A stretch of 43,729 bases of DNA from Campylobacterota bacterium (GTDB lineage: Bacteria > Campylobacterota > Campylobacteria > Campylobacterales > Arcobacteraceae): the NCBI GenBank assembly GCA_051746405.1, contig JBNJFB010000017.1:1-43729 (forward strand), given 5' to 3'. The stretch's first letter is position 1; every line of letters starts with the position of its first letter. A program made the translations under genes and the position numbers. The notes under the pieces were generated by a model. That model was not told where the DNA came from, searched no databases, and was given only the letters and a program-made list of their open reading frames with translations. Shown piece by piece: positions 9,450 through 19,623 of the stretch.

Positions 9450-10964
9450 CTAGTTTTCCTTTATCCAATCTTTTTGGTTATGCATTATACCAATAAGTGA
9501 TGGCTTTATATTTTTTATTTCTTTGTTAACAGCTGTTATAGAGTTTGGTATATATAAAAATACATACGGTAAATCATCTGCAATCTCTTTATATATTTTT
9601 CTATATATATTAGCTAACTTTTTAGTATCAATAGTTTTTGCTCCTTTTTGTATTAGTTTATCAACTTTTTTATTTCTATATCCAACTAGATTAAATCCAC
9701 CTATCTTATCAGAACTACTATGCCATAAGGGATATGCATCTGGCATTAAAGCTAAACTCCATGCAAGTAAAACCACATCAAACTTTCTTGGATGAACTAC
9801 TGTATTTAAAAAGGCTTGCCACTCCATTACTCTTATTTTCATTTTAATACCAGCCTTTTGTAGTTGATGTTGAATAATTTGTGCTGCATTTATCCTAGTT
9901 TGATTTCCAGTATTTGTAGTTAATTCAAAGGTGAAGGGATTATTTTTATTGTAACCTAGCTCTTTTAGTATATCTTTTGCTTTTTGTACATCGTGCTTTC
10001 TTTTTTTTACTTTTTCATTGTAAGCAAAAGTACCTGGCAAAAAAGGACCCTTTGCAATCTTTGCATGACCAAAGAAAAGTATGTCAATTAGTTCTTGTTT
10101 GTTAATAGCTAATGCTATAGCTTCTCTAATTTTTCTATTTTTAAACTTATCTTTTCTTAAATTAAAACCTAAGTAAGAGTATCCAAAACTAGGTTTTTCA
10201 ATTATTTTAAACTCATCTTTAAAGTCATTTTGAATCTGCATTTGAATTTGCAGGGGTGTTAGTGAAGAAATATCTAGTTTGTTTTGCTTCAAAAACAAAA
10301 ATGATGTGTTAGTATCAGGTAGAAATTTATAGTGTATTTTTTCAATATTTGGTTTGCCCTCAAAGTAGTTTTTATTTGCATATAATACAATATCTTTATT
10401 TGGCTCAAAACTTTTTAATTTATAAGGACCTGTACCTACAGGAGACTTATTAAATGAGCTTGTCATAAGATTTTTTTCATCTTTTAATATATGCTTTGGT
10501 AATAATCCAACCATCCAAGATACAAGTGCTTTAAAGTATGGCTTTTTATAAACTATCTCAATGGTATATTTATCAAGAGCTTTAACACTCTTAACCTCTT
10601 TAAAATTTGATTTTATTGAAGTAAATAGTTTGGGATTAATAATTTGGTTATATGTAAAAACTACATCATCTGAGCTTACTTCAACACCATCGTGCCACAA
10701 AATATTCTTTTTAAGTTTTACTATAAGCTTAGTTGGTTTCTCAAACTTATAAGATTTTGCTAAATCAACAACTACTTGACCATCTTTATTATATTTAAAA
10801 AGACCATTAAAAAGCCATTGGGATATTTCACTACTTGCACTATCATTTGATAATATGGGATTAAGTTTACTTGGATTTGAACTAATAGATAAGTTTAATG
10901 TACTAGCATTTAAAAATAGAAAGTTTGTAAATATTATAATTAATAGTAAGTTTAATTTTTTCAT
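9450..10964 (-). CDS. ABC transporter peptide-binding protein (family 5)
   Basis: Signal peptide MKKLNLLL..., then LFNGL, WHDG...DDVVFT, PVGTGPY and IREAIALAINK. Start moved to ATG 10964 because the longer ORF runs through the rpsI terminator. Confidence 0.9.
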   Translation of the reverse strand: MKKLNLLLIIIFTNFLFLNASTLNLSISSNPSKLNPILSNDSASSEISQWLFNGLFKYNKDGQVVVDLAKSYKFEKPTKLIVKLKKNILWHDGVEVSSDDVVFTYNQIINPKLFTSIKSNFKEVKSVKALDKYTIEIVYKKPYFKALVSWMVGLLPKHILKDEKNLMTSSFNKSPVGTGPYKLKSFEPNKDIVLYANKNYFEGKPNIEKIHYKFLPDTNTSFLFLKQNKLDISSLTPLQIQMQIQNDFKDEFKIIEKPSFGYSYLGFNLRKDKFKNRKIREAIALAINKQELIDILFFGHAKIAKGPFLPGTFAYNEKVKKRKHDVQKAKDILKELGYNKNNPFTFELTTNTGNQTRINAAQIIQHQLQKAGIKMKIRVMEWQAFLNTVVHPRKFDVVLLAWSLALMPDAYPLWHSSSDKIGGFNLVGYRNKKVDKLIQKGAKTIDTKKLANIYRKIYKEIADDLPYVFLYIPNSITAVNKEIKNIKPSLIGIMHNQKDWIKEN

Positions 10965-10993
10965 ACATATATTGTATAAAAAAGAAGATAAAA

Positions 10994-11018
10994 AAAGGGA
11001 AGTGTAAAACTTCCCTTT
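10994..11018 (-). terminator. rho-independent terminator of rplM-rpsI
   Basis: AAAGGGAAGT-gtaaa-ACTTCCCTTT with a U-tract on the minus strand. Confidence 0.8.
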
Positions 11019-11074
11019 GGTAAAAGCATTTGTAGTAGGCAAAAGCAAAGTTTTGCTTCTGTTTTCTTGAAATA

Positions 11075-11464
11075 CTATCTTTTTGAGAATTGACCGCTTT
11101 TTCTAGCTTTTCTTCTACCGTATTTCTTTCTTTCAACTGCTCTTGCATCTCTTGTTAATAAACCGTGAGGTTTCAAAATAGCTCTGAACTGTTCATCATA
11201 AGCAACTAGTGCTCTTGAAATACCGTGTCTTATAGCATCAGCTTGTGCAGAGTAACCTCCACCTAGAGATTTAACAATAACATTCACTGATGCTTCTTGT
11301 TTAGAAACCTCTAAAGGCTGCATAACTCTTTTTTTGATTGATTCGTGACCACCTAACCATGCATCTAAAGTTTGACCATTAATAGTTAATTGTCCATTTC
11401 CATTTTCTAACCATACTTTAGCTACTGATGTTTTTCTTCTTCCTGTTGCGTAAACTTTTGCCAT
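11075..11464 (-). CDS. rpsI: 30S ribosomal protein S9
   Basis: [27 protein letters not shown] and QFSKR. Confidence 0.98.
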   Translation of the reverse strand: MAKVYATGRRKTSVAKVWLENGNGQLTINGQTLDAWLGGHESIKKRVMQPLEVSKQEASVNVIVKSLGGGYSAQADAIRHGISRALVAYDEQFRAILKPHGLLTRDARAVERKKYGRRKARKSGQFSKR

Positions 11465-11469
11465 AAGTC

Positions 11470-11889
11470 CTATCCTTTAATTTGCGCAGTATGAGGATGT
11501 TCTGAACCTGCGTAAACTTTTAATTTTTTTAACATTTCTTTACCAAGTTTTGTTTTTGGTAACATACCTCTTGTTGCTAATTTATATAGCTTTTCAGGGT
11601 TATTATCTAACATATCAGACATTTTGTGAGTTTTTGTACTACCAAAATAACCTGAGTGTGTATAATAATTTTTATCTTCAAGCTTTGCTCCTGTGAACTT
11701 AGCTTTTGAAGCATTTATAATTACCACAAAATCTCCACAATCTACATGTGGTGTAAATGATGGTTTCCTTTTTCCTCTGATGATAGTTGCAGCTTCTGTA
11801 ATAATTCTACCAAAAATTTTGTCAGTTGCATCTATAACTACCCAATCTCTCTCTATTTCGTTAGCTTTTGCCATTTGAGTAAATTTCAT
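11470..11889 (-). CDS. rplM: 50S ribosomal protein L13
   Basis: [26 protein letters not shown] and HPH.AQ. Confidence 0.98.
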   Translation of the reverse strand: MKFTQMAKANEIERDWVVIDATDKIFGRIITEAATIIRGKRKPSFTPHVDCGDFVVIINASKAKFTGAKLEDKNYYTHSGYFGSTKTHKMSDMLDNNPEKLYKLATRGMLPKTKLGKEMLKKLKVYAGSEHPHTAQIKG

Positions 11890-11965
11890 TTATTTTCTCC
11901 GCTTTTGTTAATGAGGTGGAATAATAGTGTAGTAATACTTATAAAGCACTTAAATTAAGCATTAT

Positions 11966-13342
11966 TTAAAATTTTATTATAAATTTAGAACCTTTATTAT
12001 ATTCAGACTCAATATCTAGTTCAAAACTATGTAGTAATAAAATAGAATGAACTATAAAAAGTCCTAATCCCAAGGAGTTATTCCATCCATTTTTAGATAC
12101 TCTATAAAACTTGTTTTTTATTTTTTCTAAATCTTTAGCTTCAATTCCTATACCATTATCTATAATCTCAATTGTATCTTTGCTTATATTTACAATTATT
12201 GCACCATCTGAATATTTTAAAGCATTCTCTATTAAGTTTGATATTGCCATTGATATAAGTGTTGAGTCCACTTTTAAATCTACATCTTCACCTGTAATAT
12301 TTATTTGTCTATCTTTATAATTGTCTTGTAAATCAGATGCTATATTTTCAATAAGGTTTTTCATAGACGTTGATATTAAAGCTAACTCTTGTTTACCCTC
12401 TTCAAGTTTTATTGTTAATCTTAATTTATCTATAATAGATGACATCTTTATAGAGTTGCTATGTATTTTATTTAAAAACTTATTTCTAATTCCAATGGGC
12501 ATATTATTATCGCTTAAGATTGTTTCACTATATCCAGATATTACAGCAATTGGGTTTTTAAACTCATGTGATAAAGCTGATATTATTTCATCTTTTTGTT
12601 TATTTGCAACTTTTAGTTTGGCATTTTGCTTTGCTTTTTGTTTCTCTCTTTTTTTTAGTTTTATTGCAACTTTATTTAGTATCTTTGTAATTTTATAAAA
12701 CTCTAGCGTAAAATTAGAGCTTAGTGCTACTGTTGGCTTTTTTGATGAAAGTTCAGTTAGAAAATCTAAAATGGCTTCTGTTTCATCTTTTATTTTTAAA
12801 CTAATAAAGTAAGATGCTAAAAAGCCAATAATAATAAAAAATATAATAAATGCAAATATTTGACCAGCTAAATAAAAAAAGTTTCTAGTTATGTTATCTG
12901 TATAGTCAGCCATTCTTATATAATAAATCTTTTTGCTTATTGTTACTTTTTTTGCAACATATAGTAACTCAGTATTTACAGTTTGTGAATATCTAATACT
13001 TTTTCCAAAACTACTCTTATTTGCTTGGATAATCTCAGGTCGATTACCATGATTTGACATAGTTTTTATATCATCATCACTTTCAGCTAAGACATTACCT
13101 TTTTCGTCAACTATAGTGATTCTTAAGTTTATTTGAGACCTCAAGTCTTTTATAATTCTATTTATATTATTTAAGTCTTTTAATACTATAGAAAATGTAT
13201 TAATATTTCTAATTAAGTTTTTCTCAATTTGGTCTAAATATATATTTTTAGACCAAAAATAGGTTAATATACTAAGAGTAATTAAAATAGCAATAAATAT
13301 TAAAATAAAAGTTCTTAAAAAAACTTGGTGGATTCTTAACAA
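11966..13342 (-). CDS. sensor histidine kinase, PhoR-like by context
   Basis: Two TMs around a periplasmic domain, H-box SHEFKNP, NLIENALKY, DNGIGI, FYR and GLGL. Confidence 0.9.
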   Translation of the reverse strand: MLRIHQVFLRTFILIFIAILITLSILTYFWSKNIYLDQIEKNLIRNINTFSIVLKDLNNINRIIKDLRSQINLRITIVDEKGNVLAESDDDIKTMSNHGNRPEIIQANKSSFGKSIRYSQTVNTELLYVAKKVTISKKIYYIRMADYTDNITRNFFYLAGQIFAFIIFFIIIGFLASYFISLKIKDETEAILDFLTELSSKKPTVALSSNFTLEFYKITKILNKVAIKLKKREKQKAKQNAKLKVANKQKDEIISALSHEFKNPIAVISGYSETILSDNNMPIGIRNKFLNKIHSNSIKMSSIIDKLRLTIKLEEGKQELALISTSMKNLIENIASDLQDNYKDRQINITGEDVDLKVDSTLISMAISNLIENALKYSDGAIIVNISKDTIEIIDNGIGIEAKDLEKIKNKFYRVSKNGWNNSLGLGLFIVHSILLLHSFELDIESEYNKGSKFIIKF

Positions 13343-14010
13343 AAAATATAACCCTCACCTCTAATTGATTTTATATAGTTTTTTTTACCTTCTGGGTCAA
13401 TTTTCCCTTTAAGTCTTTTTATTGCAACATTTACAGTTTTTACTTTTTTATCCAGTGAGTCTTCCCAAACAGAGTTAAGAAGATGCTCTCTTGTCATTAA
13501 GATATCTTTGTTTTTAATAAACTCAAGTAGCAAATCATGCTCTAAGTGTGTTAGTTCAAGCTCTTTATCTTCTATAAAAAACTTCTTATTTGAAGATTTA
13601 TATAAAATATCTCTTACTTTTAAGATATCAATATCTTTCTTTGTTCTTTTTAGTACAGCTTTTATTCTTGCTACTAACTCATTTATATTAAAAGGTTTTG
13701 TAATATAATCATCTGCATAGGACTCAAACCCCTCTAATATATCTTCGTCTTTATCCTTTGCAGTTACATAAATAACAGGGTTATCATACCCCTCTTTTCT
13801 AATATTTTTTATAAAAGAAGTGCCCTCTGAACCGTGAAGGTTTCTATCCATTAGTATTAAATCAATATCTTCTTCTTCGAAGATTTTTTTTAGATTTTTA
13901 TCTATATTTAAAAAGCCAATGGTTTCAAAACCCTCTTTTTGAAGAGTGTACTCTAGTAGCTCTAAAATATCCTCTTCATCTTCAACAATTAAAACTGTTC
14001 TATTTTGCAT
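13336..14010 (-). CDS. OmpR/PhoB-family response regulator
   Basis: VEDE, LILMD, DDYITKPF and winged-helix C-terminus (SIRGEGY); lies downstream of phoU. Confidence 0.92.
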   Translation of the reverse strand: MQNRTVLIVEDEEDILELLEYTLQKEGFETIGFLNIDKNLKKIFEEEDIDLILMDRNLHGSEGTSFIKNIRKEGYDNPVIYVTAKDKDEDILEGFESYADDYITKPFNINELVARIKAVLKRTKKDIDILKVRDILYKSSNKKFFIEDKELELTHLEHDLLLEFIKNKDILMTREHLLNSVWEDSLDKKVKTVNVAIKRLKGKIDPEGKKNYIKSIRGEGYIFC

Positions 14011-14131
14011 TATTTACTCTTTTATTAGTACTATTTTTTATAAGTTCATGGGGTGAACATTTTATAGTTAATATTATAACATCTCTAATTAAAAAAAATA
14101 ATAAAAATATCAATAACAAGCATATGATTAA

Positions 14132-14809
14132 CTACCTATTTTTAGGTAGTTCCATATCTCCTCCAATTTTAGCAAAATGAAGTAGATTTGCTATAGATAC
14201 AGCTCTGTCTGCTGTTTTCTCTAGTTTTCTTAAACTACTTAAAATTTCAAAGTAGTCTGCTGATAACTCTAGTTTTTTAGGAATGATTTTTAAAATATTT
14301 TTTTCAACCATTGCATATAAATCATCAGTTTTACTCTCTTCAACAACTACTTTTTGAAACTTATCTTCAATTGCATCTTTATCTTGTTCATCAACCATAT
14401 CCATTGCAGTTGAAAGGGCATCCATTGCTGATTTTTGTAATGGAATAGCATACTCCAAAATAGTTTTAGTATCTAATTCATCACTATATGCTTTTTTAAA
14501 AATCTTAGCAAAAGCTTTTGTATTTGCACCTGCTCTTATTAATTCATTTGTTGTTTTTAAATATGAAACTAACTCTCTTAAGTCTTTAGCCTCAGGTGAA
14601 TAAAGTGCAAGTGTCGCAACAATTAAATTATCTATTTCATTAGATTTATTTGTAATCTGTTTTAGTGATAAATCTAATTTTTTTAATTGTGCTAAATCCT
14701 TCTTTTCTAATGCATCTAGTGTTAAAGTAAGTGCCTCAACCACATTGCTACCAATTTCAATAATTTCATTTTTAATTTTTAGTTTTTTATCTTCATAAGT
14801 TTTAAGCAT
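14132..14809 (-). CDS. phoU: phosphate signalling protein PhoU
   Basis: Helical repeats with P.AKDLR and LEKTADRA; follows pstB. ATG 14809 has a GGA RBS (alternative start 14821). Confidence 0.88.
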   Translation of the reverse strand: MLKTYEDKKLKIKNEIIEIGSNVVEALTLTLDALEKKDLAQLKKLDLSLKQITNKSNEIDNLIVATLALYSPEAKDLRELVSYLKTTNELIRAGANTKAFAKIFKKAYSDELDTKTILEYAIPLQKSAMDALSTAMDMVDEQDKDAIEDKFQKVVVEESKTDDLYAMVEKNILKIIPKKLELSADYFEILSSLRKLEKTADRAVSIANLLHFAKIGGDMELPKNR

Positions 14810-14813
14810 AGTT

Positions 14814-15578
14814 TTATCCAAACCTTCCTGTAATATAATCTTCTGTCTTTTTATTATTTGGGTTTACAAATATTGTTTCTGTTTCATCATACTCAATCAA
14901 CTTTCCTAAATGGAAAAATGCAGTATAATCAGCAACTCTTGCAGCTTGTTGCATATTATGAGTAACTGTAATAATTGTATAATCTTTTTTAAGCTCTAGC
15001 ATTAAAGCTTCAATCTTTTCAGTTGAAATAGGGTCAAGTGCAGATGTTGGTTCATCCATTAAAATAACCTCAGGTCTAACTGCAATAGTTCTTGCAATAC
15101 ACAATCTTTGTTGCTGACCACCTGATAGTGATGTACCTGGTTCATTTAGCTTATCTTTAACTTCATCCCAAAGTCCAGATTTTATTAGTGATGTTTGTAC
15201 TAACTCATCACACTCCTTACCTTTTCTTACTAAACCATGTTTTAAAGGTGCATATGCAACATTGTCATAAATAGATTTTGGAAAAGGGTTTGGTTGTTGA
15301 AATACCATACCAACTCTTTTTCTAACACTTACTTCATCAACATCTTTATCATATATATTCTTTTTATCAATTATAACTGAACCATCAATTTTAACAGTAT
15401 TAATTAAATCATTCATTCTATTTAGACATCTTAAAAATGTAGATTTACCACAACCAGATGGTCCTATTAGTGCAGTGATTTTATTCTCTAATAAATCAAC
15501 TGTTATATTATGTAAGGCATGATTATCACTATACCACAGGTTTAACTCTTCTACTTTAATCTTTACTTTATTTGACAT
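14814..15578 (-). CDS. pstB: phosphate ABC transporter ATPase
   Basis: [31 protein letters not shown] and EDYITGRFG. Confidence 0.97.
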   Translation of the reverse strand: MSNKVKIKVEELNLWYSDNHALHNITVDLLENKITALIGPSGCGKSTFLRCLNRMNDLINTVKIDGSVIIDKKNIYDKDVDEVSVRKRVGMVFQQPNPFPKSIYDNVAYAPLKHGLVRKGKECDELVQTSLIKSGLWDEVKDKLNEPGTSLSGGQQQRLCIARTIAVRPEVILMDEPTSALDPISTEKIEALMLELKKDYTIITVTHNMQQAARVADYTAFFHLGKLIEYDETETIFVNPNNKKTEDYITGRFG

Positions 15579-15593
15579 TTTATTTTTTCCTTC

Positions 15594-16781
15594 TTACCAT
15601 TTAACTTCGAATTTTTTTCTTAAATATATTGCAAGTGTATTTAATGAAATCAGTACTGTTAATAATACTATAATACCAGCTGCAGTTTTTTCAATATACA
15701 TGTTTTCAGGCATTCCAGCCCATGTGAAGATTTGTGCTGGCATAACAGTTGCTGCATCTGTTATTCCTGTTGGTGCATCTGGAATAAAAGCAATCATACC
15801 TATAATAATTAAAGGAGCTGTTTCACCCATAGCTTGTGCTAAACCAATAATAGAACCTGTTAAAACACCTGGGAATGCAAGTGGCAAAACATGGTCTCTT
15901 GTAACTTCAATTTTTGTAAGTCCAATTCCATAACCTGCTTGTCTAATACTATCAGGTACAGACCTTAAAGCCGCTCTTGAACTTACAATGATAATAGGTA
16001 AAGTCATAAGTGCTAAGGTTAAACCACCTACTAGTGGTGAACTTCGTGGAACACCAAATAAGTTGATATATATGGCTAAACCTAAAAGACCAAATAGTAT
16101 TGATGGAATTGCTGCAAGATTATTGATATTTACTTCTATAAATCTTGTAAACTTATTATCATCTGCAAACTCCTCAAGATAAACAGCAGTCATAACCCCA
16201 ATAGGAAATGCAACAGCCATTGTAATAACTAGGGTTAAAATTGAACCTATTACAGCTGAATAAATACCTGCAAACTCAGGTGATTTTGAATCCCCTTGTG
16301 TAAATAGAATCTTATTGAACTTTCTATCAACTAATCCTTTAGCTTTTAACTCTTCAACTAGTGCAATCTCTTTGCTAGTTAATGTATGATGATGACCTTT
16401 GAGGTATTGGTCAACATTATCATCTGCTAAAACCCATTTAGGCTTTGATGTATTCATAAGCTCAGGATTATCAATAAGTCTTTGTCTTGTTTCTCTAAGC
16501 CATGCTCTAGAAAGAACAGGTCTATACTTTCTATCAATAACTTTTCTATAGTTAATTGCTGTTTTTTCATTATAAGTAACATCAACCTTTACATATGTAA
16601 CTGTAAAAGCAGGAGCACCTTTACTTACAATATCTATTAGAAAGAAACCTAAAAATGCAATTGAAAGAACTAAAGAAGTTAGTGTAAACTTCTTAAATCT
16701 CTTTGCACTTGTATGTCTTTTTCTCAAACTAGGGTCGTAAAACGGATTATCTTGTTGCTGTTGTTTTTTTCTATTTATCAT
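15594..16781 (-). CDS. pstA: phosphate ABC transporter permease
   Basis: YLEEFA, NLAAIPSILFGLLGL and GETAPL. Confidence 0.95.
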   Translation of the reverse strand: MINRKKQQQQDNPFYDPSLRKRHTSAKRFKKFTLTSLVLSIAFLGFFLIDIVSKGAPAFTVTYVKVDVTYNEKTAINYRKVIDRKYRPVLSRAWLRETRQRLIDNPELMNTSKPKWVLADDNVDQYLKGHHHTLTSKEIALVEELKAKGLVDRKFNKILFTQGDSKSPEFAGIYSAVIGSILTLVITMAVAFPIGVMTAVYLEEFADDNKFTRFIEVNINNLAAIPSILFGLLGLAIYINLFGVPRSSPLVGGLTLALMTLPIIIVSSRAALRSVPDSIRQAGYGIGLTKIEVTRDHVLPLAFPGVLTGSIIGLAQAMGETAPLIIIGMIAFIPDAPTGITDAATVMPAQIFTWAGMPENMYIEKTAAGIIVLLTVLISLNTLAIYLRKKFEVKW

Positions 16782-17707
16782 AATGTATTCACTTTATATT
16801 TTTCTTTAAATTTTCTAATTAACGAAAGAGAGATCATATTAAGTACTAATGTAACTACAAATAAAACTAAACCTAAAGCAAAGGCAGATAGAGTTTCAGG
16901 TGAATTAAATTCAAAATCTCCAACTAATGAATTAACAATCGTAACAGTAACTGTTGTCATATCCTCAAGTGGGTTCCATGTAAGGTTAGGTCTTAAACCT
17001 GCTGCCATAACAACAATCATTGTTTCACCTAAGGCTTTTGATAAACCTAAAAGTGAAGCTGAAATAATACCTGGAAGTGCTGATGGTAAAATAATATTTT
17101 TAATAACTTCACCATGTGTCATACCAAGGCCATATGCAGCTTTTCTCTGAGAATCTGGAACTGCTCTTATAACGTCATCTGATAGGGATGATATAACTGG
17201 AATAATCATAATCCCCATAACTACACCCGAAGCTAGTGCTGAGTTAAATTTCGCTTCAAGTCCTATAGTTGCAGCAGCTTGTACAATAAATGGTGCAACT
17301 GTAATAGCAGCAAAGAAACCATAAACAACAGTTGGAATACCAGCTAGGATTTCCAACAATGGCTTTAAGTAATCTCTTAGTTTAGGACTTGCATATTCAC
17401 TTATGTAAACTGCACTTCCAAGACCAATTGGGATGGCAATTAACAAAGCAATAATTGTAATTACAAATGTACCTGCAAAAATTGGAACTGCACCAAACTT
17501 ACTTCCAACTATACCAGGTGACCATTCAGTACCTGTAATAAAATACCAAAAACTTCTCATTTTAAAGAATTCAATTGCTTCAAATAGTATTGAAAAGAGA
17601 ATTCCAAATGTAGTTAATATTGCTATAACCGAAGCTGAAATTAATGCTAACTTTATAAGTCTTTCATATAGCACTATTCGCTTATTTTTTGATTCAAATG
17701 TACTCAA
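16778..17707 (-). CDS. pstC: phosphate ABC transporter permease
   Basis: LAGIPTVVYGFFA, A.GETMIV and LFVVTL; TTG start. Confidence 0.95.
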   Translation of the reverse strand: MSTFESKNKRIVLYERLIKLALISASVIAILTTFGILFSILFEAIEFFKMRSFWYFITGTEWSPGIVGSKFGAVPIFAGTFVITIIALLIAIPIGLGSAVYISEYASPKLRDYLKPLLEILAGIPTVVYGFFAAITVAPFIVQAAATIGLEAKFNSALASGVVMGIMIIPVISSLSDDVIRAVPDSQRKAAYGLGMTHGEVIKNIILPSALPGIISASLLGLSKALGETMIVVMAAGLRPNLTWNPLEDMTTVTVTIVNSLVGDFEFNSPETLSAFALGLVLFVVTLVLNMISLSLIRKFKEKYKVNTL

Positions 17708-17737
17708 TAAATATGCCTTTTTTAAAAATTTTATAAT

Positions 17738-17769
17738 ATTGTATTTTAAGAGGGTTACATATTGGTTAC
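17738..17769 (-). promoter_or_regulatory. candidate Pho-box promoter of pstC
   Basis: Minus strand reads GTAAC-CAATAT-GTAAC, 10 nt, TACAAT. Confidence 0.75.
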
Positions 17770-17773
17770 AAGT

Positions 17774-19507
17774 TTAAATAGATGCAGCTAATGGGAAGTT
17801 ATATTTTTTTGAGTGTTTCTTTAAGATACTTAAAGTATGATCAAAGTTTTTCATTTTTGATTTTTTAGTTAGTTCTATAACTGCACATGATGTGGATAAG
17901 AGACTAAATTTTCTTTCATTATCAAATCTATCTTTTGTAATTATATAGCCATTTTTTTTATCCTCATCACTATATAAATTTCTCACATCATCTTTAAACT
18001 GTTTTAATATTTTATGGGTTAATTCAAACACATATTCAAAACTCTTATCTTTTATACCTACAAAAAAGTCATCACCTCCAACATGAGCAACAAACATCTC
18101 TGAAGAGTATTTTTTTTGAATAAGCTCTGAGAATATTAAAATAGCCCTATCTCCCTGTCTAAATCCATAATAGTCATTAAATGGTTTAAAATCATTAAAA
18201 TCAAAATATAAAAGATGGGTAGTATAGTTTTTAAGATTTTTTGATGACTCAAAAATAAACTTCTCTATTTGTTGGTTACCAGGTAGTTTTGTTAATGGGT
18301 TTTGATTTGATGCTATATCTAGATTTCTTTTATGGGAAAGTTTTAGTAAAGAATTTAAATCAATAAAGCCTTTATACTTATTTGCATTGGTAATAAATAT
18401 ACCTTTTGAGTTTTGTGAGTGGTGATTAAATCTATCTAATGTTTTATCAATTCCCCATGAAGATTCAACAGATATAATATCTTTAATATATTTTTTTAAA
18501 GTTGAAGCTATATTACTATTTCTTGCTAAAGATAGTCCATATTGAGAGTAAGATATTTTTTTAATATCCACTTCATAGATAACTCCTAAAAGGTTTTTAT
18601 AATCATCAATTATTGGCACAAATGTATTATGGCTTTTATTCTTAAAGTAAACAAACAGATCATGAAGTGAACTATTTTCATTAAGTGGTTCTATATACTC
18701 TATATATTTTTTATCAATAATCGCTTTTTCATCATCCCTTTTGTCATTTTTTATTAAATCTAAAATATGAGAATATCTTTTTTTAATATCTTTTTCACTA
18801 CATGTTGGTTTTTGAACAAAGTAGCCTTGAATAAAATCAATACCAATATCTTTACAAGTGAAAAATTCGCTTGCTGTTTCAACACCTTCTGCAACAACTT
18901 TCATTCCCATGATATGAGCCATTTCAACTATCGAACTACAAAATAACTTCTTTTTGGAGTCACTATTAATTCCTGAAATAAAAAATCTATCAACTTTTAT
19001 AATATTTGCTTCTGAAAAATATAGTAGCTTAAGTCCAGAAACTCCTATTCCAAAATCATCAATTGCAATTTCATACCCACTTGTTTTATATGCTTGTAGC
19101 ATTGTAGAAAGAGCATTTTGTTCTATCATAGAACCTTTTTCTGAAAGCTCAAATGTAATAGTGCTTTTTGATAGACTATATTTTTCTAAAATTTTTGATG
19201 TATTTCCAGGAGCAAAGCTTTTATTATAAATAATTCTATTATCTAAATTATAAAAAAGTCTTAAGTTTTCTAAGTCAATATTAGAGAATTTTTTAATGGC
19301 TTTTTCCCTTAATATTAAATCAACTTCATATAAAACATCTTCTTCAAATGCTATATCAAATAGACCTTGAATTGTATTAGTGTAGCCTGTTTCTTGTGTT
19401 TTTCTAAGAAGTGCTTCAACAGCATAGATTTTTCCAGTATGACAGTGAATGATAGGTTGAAATGCGTATTCAACAATATCTAAGATTTTTTCCCATTTTT
19501 TATTCAT
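17774..19507 (-). CDS. EAL-(CBS-like)-GGDEF c-di-GMP enzyme, probably a phosphodiesterase
   Basis: FQPI, EALLR, FELSE, IDDFG, IKVDR, VAEGVE and QGY form the EAL domain. A central CBS-like region (VPIID...LGVI) precedes NPLTKLPG, FKPFND.YG..GD and the variant signature GGDDF. Confidence 0.9.
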   Translation of the reverse strand: MNKKWEKILDIVEYAFQPIIHCHTGKIYAVEALLRKTQETGYTNTIQGLFDIAFEEDVLYEVDLILREKAIKKFSNIDLENLRLFYNLDNRIIYNKSFAPGNTSKILEKYSLSKSTITFELSEKGSMIEQNALSTMLQAYKTSGYEIAIDDFGIGVSGLKLLYFSEANIIKVDRFFISGINSDSKKKLFCSSIVEMAHIMGMKVVAEGVETASEFFTCKDIGIDFIQGYFVQKPTCSEKDIKKRYSHILDLIKNDKRDDEKAIIDKKYIEYIEPLNENSSLHDLFVYFKNKSHNTFVPIIDDYKNLLGVIYEVDIKKISYSQYGLSLARNSNIASTLKKYIKDIISVESSWGIDKTLDRFNHHSQNSKGIFITNANKYKGFIDLNSLLKLSHKRNLDIASNQNPLTKLPGNQQIEKFIFESSKNLKNYTTHLLYFDFNDFKPFNDYYGFRQGDRAILIFSELIQKKYSSEMFVAHVGGDDFFVGIKDKSFEYVFELTHKILKQFKDDVRNLYSDEDKKNGYIITKDRFDNERKFSLLSTSCAVIELTKKSKMKNFDHTLSILKKHSKKYNFPLAASI

Positions 19508-19516
19508 ACTGTATCC

Positions 19517-19615
19517 ATGAGTCTATAAGGTTTCTTATAGATTTTTATCTCTTTGTTCGCGTTAACAGATAAAAACCTACAAGAAAACTCATAAGAGGAA
19601 AAATTTCCCCCTTAT
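19517..19615 (-). other. two stem-loops between pstS and the EAL gene
   Basis: Arms 19531-19550 and 19567-19586 form a 20-bp stem with two G-U pairs on the mRNA strand; second hairpin at 19591-19615. Confidence 0.75.
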
Positions 19616-19623
19616 AGTTTAAA

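Noticed and set aside
10965..11048. Upstream extension of the peptide-binding protein
   Set aside because: It runs through the rpsI terminator; the signal peptide begins at 10964.
14011..14131. Pho box before the response regulator gene
   Set aside because: No GTAAC-N6-GTAAC found; only a short GTTCA/TGAAC hairpin of unclear meaning.
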